Shown: one piece after another, positions 27,952 through 38,200 of the stretch
Layout: each line of letters starts with the position of its first letter
How positions within the stretch are numbered: position 1 is the stretch's first letter
DNA from: an uncultured Candidatus Saccharibacteria bacterium
GTDB taxonomy: Bacteria; Patescibacteriota; Doudnabacteria; UBA920
Direction of reading: 5' to 3'
Length of the DNA stretch: 64,000 nucleotides
Assembly (NCBI GenBank): GCA_964372905.1
Contig: CAYJQY010000002.1
Span: 38,796-102,795 of the forward strand
Notes under the pieces: generated by a model
Database searches by the model: none
What the model was told of the DNA's origin: nothing
What the model saw: the letters and a program-made list of their open reading frames with translations, nothing else
Program-made: the position numbers and the translations under genes

Positions 27952-27974
27952 GCCGTCACGTCAAATTTTTATAT

Positions 27975-30578
27975 ATGGCCGACCAGTCTTTCCAACCAGC
28001 TTTCCCAGTGACTTTCTCCGGCACGTTTGACGCGGCGCGCATAACAAAACGCCGCGCTCAAGACAAGCGCCGGCGCCTCAGCAAACATTTTTTGGAATTT
28101 TTTGGCGCCATTGGGATTATTGCTTTGGCGGCCAGCGCTTTTATTTCCTGGGTCGACGGCAATTTTTCCAGCTTTTTAACGGAGCGGCATTTTATCAATC
28201 TGATTTTTTGGCTGTCTTTAGCCACCGATTTGTATCTTTGGGCTGTGCTGCAGGAGGAACAGGTCCGTGAGCAGGAGCGCGATTTGCTTCGGTCGGGGAA
28301 TATTCAGCGTTGGTCTAAGGTGGCCGCGTCCATCGACATGTACGATTTGTTTACGCCATCGGCGCAGGATAGTTGGGATGGTAGTTTGGAGGAGGCGCAC
28401 CAGCATGGCCGCCAGCAGCCGGTGGCGGCTGATTTGCTGTTATCCTTATTGAGCCATGGCGATGTAAGATGGCTGTTGCTGCGATTCGGAATTGATGTCC
28501 GGGAATTTGGCGGACTGGTTGCGGCGGTGTCCAGCGCCGAGCCATCTTCTCTCCCCGGCGACGCCGGCACCGAGCTGGCGCGGGTTCCCAACGCCGCGCT
28601 TCAGAAAGCGCTCAAGCTCCACAACCGTGCCATAGATCCGCTCATGTTGCTCTGCGGTCTGGTGTCGATTTTGCCGCCCCAGCACCCCATCCTCGCCATT
28701 TTTTATCGCCTCGATGTGACGTTTGAACGAATTGAAACCGTGGCCGCGTGGATTTTTCATATCGAGCAGTTCGCCGAAGATTACAAAATTTTCCGCAAAC
28801 TTTCACGGTTCCGGCGCGACAGCGAAATCAATGTAGGCATGACTTCGGTACCCACGCCCTATCTCGATCAATTTAGCGATGATTTAACCTGGGCGGCCAA
28901 GCACGGCCTCCTGCCTATGACGCTGGGCCGCGAGGATGATCTCGATAAAATTTTTCATTTGCTGTCGGAAGGCCGTCAGCGCTTGCTCATTAAAGGCGCG
29001 GTGGGTACGGGCCGAACTACGGTCATAAACGAGTTGGCCTATAAAATGGTGACGGAAGAGGTGCCCAAGCTGCTGCAGGACAAGCGCCTGATCAAGCTGG
29101 AATTGGCCGCGATTTTGGGCACGCGCCTACCGGCCGAGCAGGTGCTCATGGAAGCTTTGCAAGAGGCCGAGCACTCCGGCAATATCGTTTTAGTGATCGA
29201 AGATATTCACCAGCTTAGGCAGACCTCCAGCTCGCGCGGCTTGTCCTTGTTGGAATTGCTGGTCAATCATTTGGAGCAGAGCCCGCTGGCTATCATCGCC
29301 ACCACGACCCTTGAAGATTATCAAAACGCGTTGCAGCGAACCGGCAACTTTGATTCGACTTTCACTGGTTATGAATTGAGCGACCTGACCGAGCAGCAAA
29401 TTATTTTAGCTTCTTGTTTGCGTGTCAGTCTTTTAGAACAAAAAACCGGTACGTTTTTTACGTATCCGGCTATTGCCGAAGCGGTCAAGTTATCGAGCCA
29501 GTACAGCCGGGGTGTGGGCCAGCCAGAGAAGACTATTGAGGTTTTGACTGAAGCCGCCCAGCGCAGCAAGGATTTGCCTGAAGAGCAGCGCTTGGTTACC
29601 CAGGAAACAATTCAGGGAGTGGTGAGCGAGCAGACCCACGTGCCGCAGGGGCAGTTTAGCCAGCAGGAAGCCGATAAGCTTTTGAATTTGGAAGTGATGA
29701 TTGGCGAGCAGGTGATTGGGCAAAGCGCGGCCGTGAAAGCCGTGGCCGAGGCGTTGCGGCGCGCGCGCAGCGGACTGGCTTCGGCTAGCCGGCCTCTGGC
29801 TTCGTTCCTCTTTGTGGGTCCGACCGGGGTTGGCAAAACCGAACTGGCCAAAACTTTGGCGCGGGTTTATTTCGGCGACGAACGGTTTCTGCTGCGTTTG
29901 GATATGTCGGAGTACCAGGACGGCGACGGTTTGGAAAAATTGCTTGGCCTGCCGGGCAGCGCGAATTTAACGCCGTTCGTCAATCATCTAAAAAATTATC
30001 CGTTCTGCTTATTTTTGCTTGATGAATTTGAAAAATGCTCGGGTGAGGTTTTGAATTTGTTTTTGCAGGTTTTGGAAGATGGGCGACTCACCACAACCGC
30101 CGGCGAGACTTTGGACCTAACCCATACGATTATAATAGCCACGTCCAATGCCGGAACTCCCGATATCCAAGCGGGGCTGCAGCGCGGCGATGCTTTAGAA
30201 AAAATTAAGGAAAAATTGTTCAGCGAAATTTTAAGCCAACATTTTAAGCCGGAATTGCTGAATCGGTTTGACGGGGTGATTCTGTTTACGCCATTGTCCC
30301 CGGCCGAGGTGGAGCAGGTTACGCGGCTACAGTTGGCGGATTTGGCGCAGAAACTAACGGAAAAGGGAATTGATTTGCAATTTACCGACGCGCTGGTCAG
30401 CGACGTGGCCACTAAAGCTTATGACCCGTCGCTCGGCGCCCGGCCCATTCGGCGCTATATTCAGGATCACGTCGAGAACATGGTGGCGAATTTGCTGTTG
30501 AGCCAGCCGCCGGTGCGGGGTACCGTCGTGACCATGGATATTCAAAATGGAGAAGTAATAGTTAAACTAGCTATGTAG
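27975..30578 (+). CDS. Membrane-anchored ClpC/ClpB-like double AAA+ ATPase with degenerate first nucleotide-binding domain
   Basis: Two N-terminal TM segments, then Clp_N-like repeats. D1 has Walker A GAVGTGRTT and Walker B VIEDIH, both degenerate. D2 is intact: GPTGVGKTELAKTLA, LLDEFEKC, ATSNAG. Confidence 0.75.
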   Translation: MADQSFQPAFPVTFSGTFDAARITKRRAQDKRRRLSKHFLEFFGAIGIIALAASAFISWVDGNFSSFLTERHFINLIFWLSLATDLYLWAVLQEEQVREQERDLLRSGNIQRWSKVAASIDMYDLFTPSAQDSWDGSLEEAHQHGRQQPVAADLLLSLLSHGDVRWLLLRFGIDVREFGGLVAAVSSAEPSSLPGDAGTELARVPNAALQKALKLHNRAIDPLMLLCGLVSILPPQHPILAIFYRLDVTFERIETVAAWIFHIEQFAEDYKIFRKLSRFRRDSEINVGMTSVPTPYLDQFSDDLTWAAKHGLLPMTLGREDDLDKIFHLLSEGRQRLLIKGAVGTGRTTVINELAYKMVTEEVPKLLQDKRLIKLELAAILGTRLPAEQVLMEALQEAEHSGNIVLVIEDIHQLRQTSSSRGLSLLELLVNHLEQSPLAIIATTTLEDYQNALQRTGNFDSTFTGYELSDLTEQQIILASCLRVSLLEQKTGTFFTYPAIAEAVKLSSQYSRGVGQPEKTIEVLTEAAQRSKDLPEEQRLVTQETIQGVVSEQTHVPQGQFSQQEADKLLNLEVMIGEQVIGQSAAVKAVAEALRRARSGLASASRPLASFLFVGPTGVGKTELAKTLARVYFGDERFLLRLDMSEYQDGDGLEKLLGLPGSANLTPFVNHLKNYPFCLFLLDEFEKCSGEVLNLFLQVLEDGRLTTTAGETLDLTHTIIIATSNAGTPDIQAGLQRGDALEKIKEKLFSEILSQHFKPELLNRFDGVILFTPLSPAEVEQVTRLQLADLAQKLTEKGIDLQFTDALVSDVATKAYDPSLGARPIRRYIQDHVENMVANLLLSQPPVRGTVVTMDIQNGEVIVKLAM

Positions 30579-30973
30579 ATATAAAAATGGCGGCAGGTAT
30601 TGCAAGTTCTCGGTCCTGCCGCCGCCAACGTTTGTCTAGGTGGTACTTCAATAGTCCGGCCCCTCAATCAGTTTCCGCATTCGTCTCCACAGCGGTAACT
30701 TGTAGACACTTTTTGGTTCATCGAAGCTTTCCACCAGGCCGAGTGCGTAGGCATCGCTGCCGGGCCTGCCTTTCAGTTCAAGCATGACAGCAACCTCCGG
30801 TTCCTGTGCGTCATCGCGCGGTTCTTGCATATGAACACCTCCTTAAGGTATTTTTTAGTATACTATAGAATTTCGGATTTAAAAAACCATCCACCTGGAC
30901 GGTTTGCTAGATATTTTACTCCAATGACAGTTTTACCGGCGGTTTTTTGGTTAAGCTGCTTATGAAATTATTC

Positions 30974-31600
30974 CTATTCCAAAGAAATTTTAACACTCGG
31001 CTTTTTTATCTTTTTCAACCTGCGATCCTTTTTCTTTAGGATTTCCAGGAGCCGTTTTACCAGCCGCGCCGGGTCAGTATCAAAAATAATATCTTTGTGG
31101 CCGCGCTTGGACACTTTCAAAATGTGTTGGATTTCGTCCGAGGTGCCGCCCGTACCCAGCAAAATGCCGATCGGCTTTTTATCTTCAAAAGCGATAGTGA
31201 ATTCGTTCAATGTGCCGACCCGGCCGCAGATTTCTATAACTGCGTCAGCCGCCCTGGTCAACAGCAAATTGCGCCCGGAGTAGTCGAAGCCGGTGTAAAT
31301 AATTAGGTCGAGATTTTCCGTGGGCAAGCGGTAGGTGTTGAGATGTTCGCGCTTGGTTGAGGCCGGTGACAGGCCGATGGACAAGCCATTGGCTTTTTTG
31401 GCGCCGCGCACCGCCGCTTCGGGAATGCCAATGGTGGCGCCGGTTAAAAGCACCGCGCCCTGTTTGGCTACTTGGTAGCCGACTTCGTAAGCTTTTTTAA
31501 ACGCGCCGGGCGAACAGTTATCGAATGCGGACCCCGACACGCAAATTTTATACTGGGGCTTGCCGATAAAACAGACTTTGTATTTGGGACTTTTGGTCAT
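30974..31600 (-). CDS. LOG/TIGR00725-family Rossmann-fold protein (lysine-decarboxylase-like)
   Basis: LLTGATIGIPEAAVRGA and CGRVGTLNE, which is LOG PGGxGTxxE-like. 208 aa with a basic C-terminal tail. Confidence 0.55.
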   Translation of the reverse strand: MTKSPKYKVCFIGKPQYKICVSGSAFDNCSPGAFKKAYEVGYQVAKQGAVLLTGATIGIPEAAVRGAKKANGLSIGLSPASTKREHLNTYRLPTENLDLIIYTGFDYSGRNLLLTRAADAVIEICGRVGTLNEFTIAFEDKKPIGILLGTGGTSDEIQHILKVSKRGHKDIIFDTDPARLVKRLLEILKKKDRRLKKIKKPSVKISLE

Positions 31601-31668
31601 GATATTGGGTTGTTGATAAAAATTACTGTCAGGCGGTGTGGGAGTTTAGTTAATTCGCAACGGGAATC

Positions 31669-32694
31669 CTAACGGAGACCCAATCGATTCGCGGCCCGGA
31701 GCAATCTGTAAACATTATACCATAATGGTTTTAAGACGATGTCGCTGGGCGGGGGATAGTCAATGGCGGTGCCGCCAAAACTTTCTTTGAAGCGGACAAA
31801 ACCGGGCTTGGACCCGGCTGAAGTTTCAGTCCCCCAAAAGTCATAGTAACTTAATCCATGCTTAGCCGCGTCATTTATTGCTTGCCAGTGGAGCAGGTAG
31901 GGCGCCATGACATTGCGGTTTTCCTGGCTGGAGCCGCCAAAAAGGTAGGTGCGAGTCGGCCCGAAATCAATCATAACCGCGGCGCCCAGAATCTCGCCGC
32001 GCCACAAGGCTTTAGAGACCGAAAGTTTTAATCCGCGATGGGGCTGTAAGGCGAAAAAATCAATTAATTTTTGATAATAATCGCGCCCATGGGTCCGAAA
32101 ATTTTGTCTTTTGGCCGTATGAATAATTAGATCCAGCGCCTCTTTTAAGTTCAGGCCGTGGCCCGGGCTGGCCACGAAAGTCGGCTCCACGGTAACGCCG
32201 TGCCGCAGGGCTACCTTGATGTTGTAGCGCGTTTTGGGGTGCATGGCCGCCAGAAGATATGCTTCGCTCTGGCGCAAATCCAGAAGCAAAGTCCTGCCGG
32301 GTTGAATGCGCGGCGTGGGCCGTTGTTTGTAGCCGGCAAGGTTAGCCGGAAAATATTGTTTGGGCTCCAAACGAATAAAAAACGCGCCGGGGTGCTTTTG
32401 AGCAAGATTATCGAGAAAAAATTTTAGAAGCGATAAATCGCTTCCCGCGGCCAGCGGCCCGTAGGGAAGATATAAATAGTATTGGTTCGAACCTGCGAGT
32501 TTCATTTCAACGGCCTGGCCCGCCAAGATAATTTTATTTTCCCCATTTTCAACAGCATAGCGGTGGACTCGATGCCCCAGCTGTTCCTGCCAGTCGCCCC
32601 AATCCCAGCTTTGCAAAAAACTGCCGCTCGGATGCGCGGTAATAAAATTGTTGTAGCGATTTTTTTCCTGATCTGGAAGTATGGCCAGTTTCAT
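31669..32694 (-). CDS. FemAB-family aminoacyltransferase (peptidoglycan interpeptide bridge formation, FemX-like)
   Basis: N-terminal HPSGSFLQSWDWGDWQ, characteristic of the FemABX family. 341 aa. Confidence 0.6.
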   Translation of the reverse strand: MKLAILPDQEKNRYNNFITAHPSGSFLQSWDWGDWQEQLGHRVHRYAVENGENKIILAGQAVEMKLAGSNQYYLYLPYGPLAAGSDLSLLKFFLDNLAQKHPGAFFIRLEPKQYFPANLAGYKQRPTPRIQPGRTLLLDLRQSEAYLLAAMHPKTRYNIKVALRHGVTVEPTFVASPGHGLNLKEALDLIIHTAKRQNFRTHGRDYYQKLIDFFALQPHRGLKLSVSKALWRGEILGAAVMIDFGPTRTYLFGGSSQENRNVMAPYLLHWQAINDAAKHGLSYYDFWGTETSAGSKPGFVRFKESFGGTAIDYPPPSDIVLKPLWYNVYRLLRAANRLGLR

Positions 32695-32703
32695 CGCCAG
32701 AAA

Positions 32704-33261
32704 CTATTTGCTTAAGAGTTTTAACGCTTGTTTCAGCTGATCTCCGGCTGACTCCGTGCGGTCAATCGCGCCAATGACATTGCGGACTTCGCGGTGGGAG
32801 TAGCCCAGGTTGATGAGCGCGTCGTAAATATCGCTGCTGCCCGCGCCGGTTCCGGTGAAACCGACGCCGATGATTTTATTTTTAAGTTCCAAAATAATTC
32901 GTTCGGCGGTTTTTTTGCCTACGCCGGCGATGCGCGTGAAGATTTCGCTGTCCTGATTGACAATGGCCTGCTCCAGCAATTCAATCTTAGCCGCGGAAAT
33001 AATGTTCAATGCCACTTTGGGGCCGACTCCCGACACGGTCAGCAAAAGTTCAAAAAATTGTAAAGACGGGAAGTCGGGCAGGCCGAACAGGGTTTGCGCG
33101 TCGTCGCTGACTTTGAGATAGGTGTAGAGTTCGACTTCCTGGCCGAGTTTGGCCTCGAGCACCGGCGGCGTAACCAGGACCTTATAGCCAAGACCGCTGT
33201 TTTCCATGAGCAGAAAATTCGTGCCTTTTTGCAAAATTTTCCCTTTTAGGTAAGCGATCAT
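32704..33261 (-). CDS. ruvA: Holliday junction DNA helicase RuvA
   Basis: MIAYLKGKI...GLGYKVLV OB-fold start, HhH motifs (VSGVGPKVALNII, IAGVGKKTAERII) and a C-terminal domain. Confidence 0.9.
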   Translation of the reverse strand: MIAYLKGKILQKGTNFLLMENSGLGYKVLVTPPVLEAKLGQEVELYTYLKVSDDAQTLFGLPDFPSLQFFELLLTVSGVGPKVALNIISAAKIELLEQAIVNQDSEIFTRIAGVGKKTAERIILELKNKIIGVGFTGTGAGSSDIYDALINLGYSHREVRNVIGAIDRTESAGDQLKQALKLLSK

Positions 33262-33290
33262 ATCAAAAGTATATCATGTTATAAGGCTTG

Positions 33291-34124
33291 CTAGTCGGGC
33301 AAAGAAATATTGTGGTTAGGGAGAAGTGGCAGTACGCGTTCGACGAGCCCGTCGTGGCGCTGTCCGTTGCTGCCCAATAGGCCGTGGTGATGGGTAACGT
33401 CAGGCAGATTGTAGCGCAAAGTGTGGCCGTAGAGATCGGTGAGTCTGCCGCCGGCTTCGGAAATGATGATATCAGCCGCGCATGTGTCCCACTCCGAGGC
33501 GTGGCGCGTAGCGTTAAGATAGATATCGGCTTGGCCTTCGGCCAATCGTACGGCTTTAACTCCAACGCTGTTGGTACGTTTCACTTCTTTGGCGCCGAGA
33601 TCATATGCCAGCTGGTAGGTTAGTTCCTGTTCGCGGGCGCGGCCGACAATGGCGGTCATGTTGTGAAGTTCGCGTTCCTCCGAAACATGGATTGGTTCCA
33701 GCTCTCCATTGTTGGTGGAGCGAAACGCGCCCCGGCCAAGTTCGGCGCAGTAGAGCGCGCGCGCGGTTGGCAAGTAGATGGCGCCGAGAACTGGCTTGCC
33801 GTTACGAATCAATCCAATAAGTATGGAAAAATCACCGGTGCCTCTGATGAAATCGCGCGTGCCGTCCAGCGGATCGACAATCCAAACATATTCAGCCGTT
33901 AGCCGTTCAGGATTATCCGCGGTTTCTTCGGATAAAATTGGATAATTAAACTGCTCGCCGAGAAAGGTTCTAATTAAATGTTCAGATGCCATATCGGCGG
34001 CGGTAACCGGCGTATGGTTAGTTTTCTCGCGTACGGCTTGCGGCCGGCCATAAAATTTCATGACCTCATCGCCCGCTCGCCTGGCTAATTTATTCACGGT
34101 ATATAGTGTTTCGCCAATCTGCAT
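33291..34124 (-). CDS. Inositol monophosphatase / 3'(2'),5'-bisphosphate nucleotidase family protein
   Basis: Motifs WIVDPLDGTRDF and WDTCAADIIISEAGG. Confidence 0.85.
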   Translation of the reverse strand: MQIGETLYTVNKLARRAGDEVMKFYGRPQAVREKTNHTPVTAADMASEHLIRTFLGEQFNYPILSEETADNPERLTAEYVWIVDPLDGTRDFIRGTGDFSILIGLIRNGKPVLGAIYLPTARALYCAELGRGAFRSTNNGELEPIHVSEERELHNMTAIVGRAREQELTYQLAYDLGAKEVKRTNSVGVKAVRLAEGQADIYLNATRHASEWDTCAADIIISEAGGRLTDLYGHTLRYNLPDVTHHHGLLGSNGQRHDGLVERVLPLLPNHNISLPD

Positions 34125-34146
34125 AGATTGATGGTATCATATACTT

Positions 34147-34836
34147 ATGCTTAATGAAACGCGTAATGAAATTTACCCAGCCCTTGCCGCGATTTTTGAT
34201 ATGAACGGTGTTGTAATTGATGATTTGGAATATCATCTGCGATCTTGGCAGGTGCTGGCTAAAAATCATGGCGCAACTTTAACCAGAAAAGATTTTTTCC
34301 AGGACTTAAATGGCCGGACCGCCCCTGATACCATACCCAGGATTTTTAACCGACCCGTGAGCCAGGCGGAAGTGTTGCTATTTTCCAAGGAAAAGGAGCG
34401 CTTATACAGACAGCTCTACGGGCCGCACAGAAAGTTACTGTCAGGACTGCGGCAATTACTGGTTTCATTCCAGCGTCTGAAGATACCTTGCGCAGTGGCC
34501 ACTTCCGCGCCGCCGGAAAATGTAGGCTTTATTTTGGATTATTTAAAAATTCGGAAATATTTTACAGTCGTGGTTGATGAGCGCGGAGTCAAAAAAGGTA
34601 AACCGGATCCGGAAATTTTTTTGAAGGCGGCGCGTCAGCTAGGTGTGGAACGGAATCGATGCGTAGTTTTTGAGGATGCTTTACTTGGCGTCAAGGCGGG
34701 CAAACGGGCCGGAATGAAAGTCGTGGGGGTAACCACCACCCATCCCCGAAGGGAACTGGGCCAGGCCGATCTTATTGTTAAGGATTTTAGATCTTTAACT
34801 GCCGAAAAAATGTTAAAATTATTTTTTGGGGCTTGA
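34147..34836 (+). CDS. HAD-superfamily hydrolase (beta-phosphoglucomutase-like)
   Basis: Motif I AAIFDMNGVVID (DxN variant). Motif III/IV KKGKPDPEIF...VFEDALLGVKAG. Confidence 0.7.
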   Translation: MLNETRNEIYPALAAIFDMNGVVIDDLEYHLRSWQVLAKNHGATLTRKDFFQDLNGRTAPDTIPRIFNRPVSQAEVLLFSKEKERLYRQLYGPHRKLLSGLRQLLVSFQRLKIPCAVATSAPPENVGFILDYLKIRKYFTVVVDERGVKKGKPDPEIFLKAARQLGVERNRCVVFEDALLGVKAGKRAGMKVVGVTTTHPRRELGQADLIVKDFRSLTAEKMLKLFFGA

Positions 34837-34860
34837 CAAACTTTTTTTGACGTTTATAAT
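34833..34860 (+). promoter_or_regulatory. Consensus sigma70 promoter heading a roughly 360-nt rpoB leader
   Basis: TTGACA-16 nt-TATAAT. A second TTGACG-17-TACAAT lies about 14 bp downstream. Tandem ATAGAGCTACTTTA repeats lie in the leader at 34993-35022. Confidence 0.6.
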
Positions 34861-35218
34861 TAGAAAGTGTACAATGACATAAGAAAATAGGGCATAAATA
34901 TAACCTTTTTTTACGTTTGGTCAAAAAAGGAAGTTTTTTTTGCACGGTCAGCGTTCAAGAAAAGATCAAGCGGAGCTGAAATCTTTCTAAAAATAGAGCT
35001 ACTTTAATATAGAGCTACTTTAGGTGTTTACAAGGGCCTGTGCCGGCCTCAAGGGTGGTTAACCTTGGTACCTAAAATGGCTTTATTTAAGCCACAAACT
35101 GTCAAAAATTGTTAGCAAACAATCCATAGTTAACTAGTTTGTCTTTGCATTTGCTTGCCCGACGCGCTTTACGAAGCGTCCAGACATGGGCGGCTCAAAC
35201 GCAAACCGGAAAGGAAAC

Positions 35219-38200
35219 ATGGCAAAACCTAAGGTCGCCTCGGGACAGGCCGCTATGGCCGTCCGTGAGGACAAGTTTACCCCGCGCAAGTTTTTTACAA
35301 AGCTCAAGGAGATTGGCCAGCTGCCCAACCTCATCGAAGTCCAGCTGAATTCCTATAGATGGTTTTTTGACCACGGCCTGAAAGAGTTGCTGGAGGAAAT
35401 CAATCCGATCCGCGATTTTACCGGCAAGAATTTGGAACTATATTTCGGGGAGCATTTTTTTGATAAGCCCAAGTACGACGAGAATACTTCGCGCGAGCGC
35501 AATACAACGTACGAAGCGCCTCTTTACGTCAGCGCCAAGCTGGTTAACAAAGTCACGGGCAAGTCTAAAACCCAGGATGTGTACTTCGGCGACTTCCCGC
35601 TCATGACGCCGCGTGGCACTTTTGTTATTAACGGCGTGGAGCGGGTGGTTGTGAGCCAGCTCATCAAGTCGCCGGGCGTGTTCTTTACGGCGGAGAATTT
35701 CCGCGGCAAGAATTTGTACGGCGCGAAAATTGTACCTAATCGCGGCGCGTGGCTTGAACTCGACACGGACAGTGCCGGCGTCATTGGCGTGAAAATTGAC
35801 CGCAAGCGCAGAATTCCGGTTACCGCCCTCCTGCGCGTGTTCGGTTTGTCCAAAAATGAGGACATCATCGCCGCCTTTAAAGATATCGATACCGACCCGG
35901 AAATCAAGCACATTCAAGCTACGCTCGAAAAAGACCCCAGCACCAATGCCGATGAAGGCTTCAAGGAAGTTTATAAAAGAATCCGCCCTGGAGATTTGGC
36001 CACCGTGGACAATGCGCGCTCGCTTATCACCGCAATGTTCTTTAATTTTGAGCGCTATGATCTTTCGGAAGTCGGCCGCTACAAATTTAACCAGCGTCTG
36101 AATTTACCCAAAGACAACGACAGCCGGATTTTAACTTTGGATGATGTGGTGGCCGCGGCGAGAGAAATTATTCGTCTTAATAACACCCAGCTGCCTTCGG
36201 ACGATATTGACCACTTGGCCAACCGCCGCGTGCGCGCGGTCGGGGAATTGATCCAGGCCCGTTACCGGGTGGGCTTGGCCCGCATGGCCCGCATTGCCAA
36301 AGACCGTATGAGTTTGGCAGATTTGGACACCGTCACCCCGGCCCAGTTGATTCATGTGCGTCCCATTGTGGCGGCCATGCAGGAATTTTTCTCGTCCTCC
36401 CAGCTGTCCCAGTTTATGGATCAGACTAATCCTTTGGCTGAACTTGAGCACAAGCGGCGCCTGTCGGCCATGGGCCCTGGCGGACTTTCGCGCGAACGCG
36501 CCGGCTTTGAAGTGCGCGATGTGCACCGCAGTCACTACGGCCGCTTGTGCCCCATCACCACGCCGGAAGGCCCGAACATTGGCTTGGTGGCTCACTTGGC
36601 GACTTACGCCCGCATCAATAACTTTGGTTTTATCGAAACGCCCTATCGCCTGGTAAAAAAGTTTGCCAAAAATGACGGCAAGGACGCGGTCGACGAAATC
36701 AATTTTGAGGATATTAAAGACGGGGGCAAGTTAGTTCTGCCGGCAGGCGAAAAAATCACTTCGCAGAAAGCCGCCGAGCTGAAAAAGATCTCCGGCTTGG
36801 AAAAAATCCGGGTAAAATCGCGTTTGACTAATAGCATTCACTATCTCGATGCTTATGAGGAGGAAAAACTGACCATTGGCCAGGCCAATATTGCCGTGGA
36901 TGAGCAGGGCTACTTCATGGAAGCGCGCTCTTCTGTCCGCGTTCACGGCGTGCCGGCCATCGCCGATACCAACGAACTGGATTATATTGATGTTTCATCC
37001 AAGCAGATTATTTCGGTTACCACTTCCTTGATTCCTTTTTTGGAGCATGATGACGCTAACCGCGCGCTCATGGGTTCGAACATGCAGCGCCAGGCCGTGA
37101 GCTGCATTGTGCCGCACGCGCCGATTGTCGGCACCGGCATGGAAGCCAAAGCCGCGCGCGATTCCGGACAGATCGTGGTTGCCGAAGAAGACGGCACGGT
37201 CAGCAGTGTGGTCGGCAATAAGATTGTGGTTACCAATAGTTCCGGCAAAAAGAAAGAATATTCATTGCTGAAATTTTTGCGCACCAACAGCGGCACGGCT
37301 ATCAACCAGATTGCCCGGGTGAGCAAAGGCCAAAAGGTCGGGGCGGGGGATATTTTGGCCGACGGCACTTCCACTGACCACGGCGAACTGGCTTTGGGAC
37401 AAAACGTACTGGTGGCTTTTATGTCCTGGGAAGGCGGCAATTACGAGGACGCTATTTTGCTGTCCAGCCGTCTAGTCCAGAAAGATTCTTTTACATCGGT
37501 CCATATTGAAGATTTTAAGCTCGATGTGCGCGACACCAAGCTTGGTTCAGAGGTGGTGACCCGCGATATTCCTAACGTCGGCGAAGAAAAACTTAAAGAT
37601 CTCGATGAAAACGGTGTCATTCGCATCGGCGCGCAGGTAAAAGCCGGCGACATCCTGGTCGGCAAAATTACGCCGAAAGGCGAAACCGACCTGACCGCCG
37701 AAGAAAAACTTTTACGGGTTATTTTCGGCGAGAAGTCTCGCGACGTCAAAGACACTTCTTTGACCCTGCCCCACGGCGAATATGGCAAGGTTGTGAATAT
37801 CCGCGAATTTTCCCGCGAAGCCGGGGACAAACTGCAGTCCGGCGTTATTCGTTCCATCCAGGTTTCGGTTGCGGTATTGCGCAAAATCCAGGTCGGCGAT
37901 AAAATGGCCGGCCGCCACGGCAACAAGGGCGTCATCTCCAAAATCATTCCCGTGGAAGACATGCCCTATATGGCCGATGGCATGCCCGTGGACATTATTT
38001 TGAACCCCTTGGGCGTGGTCAGCCGCATGAACCTCGGACAAATTTTGGAAACCCACCTCGGCATTGCCGCCAGCAGGCTTGGTTATAAAGTCGCTTCGCC
38101 AGTACTCGACGGAATCAGCGAGCAGCAGATTAAGGAAGAACTCAAAAAGGCCGGCATTCCCCAGGACGGCAAGGTCCGACTTTATGACGGCAAGACCGGC

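Noticed and set aside
30648-30830. 60-aa ORF in the convergent intergenic region between the ClpC-like gene and the LOG-family gene.
   Set aside because: No RBS, no conservation cue, and it lies in a region that instead shows a 9-bp stem (GGCGGCAGG...CCTGCCGCC) terminator-like hairpin at 30590-30633.
35438-37962. Several long antisense ORFs inside rpoB (for example 35438..35917, 36131..36595, 36982..37440 and 37441..37962 on the minus strand).
   Set aside because: They lie entirely inside the highly conserved rpoB coding frame. They are typical antisense open frames of GC-rich genes with no motif support.
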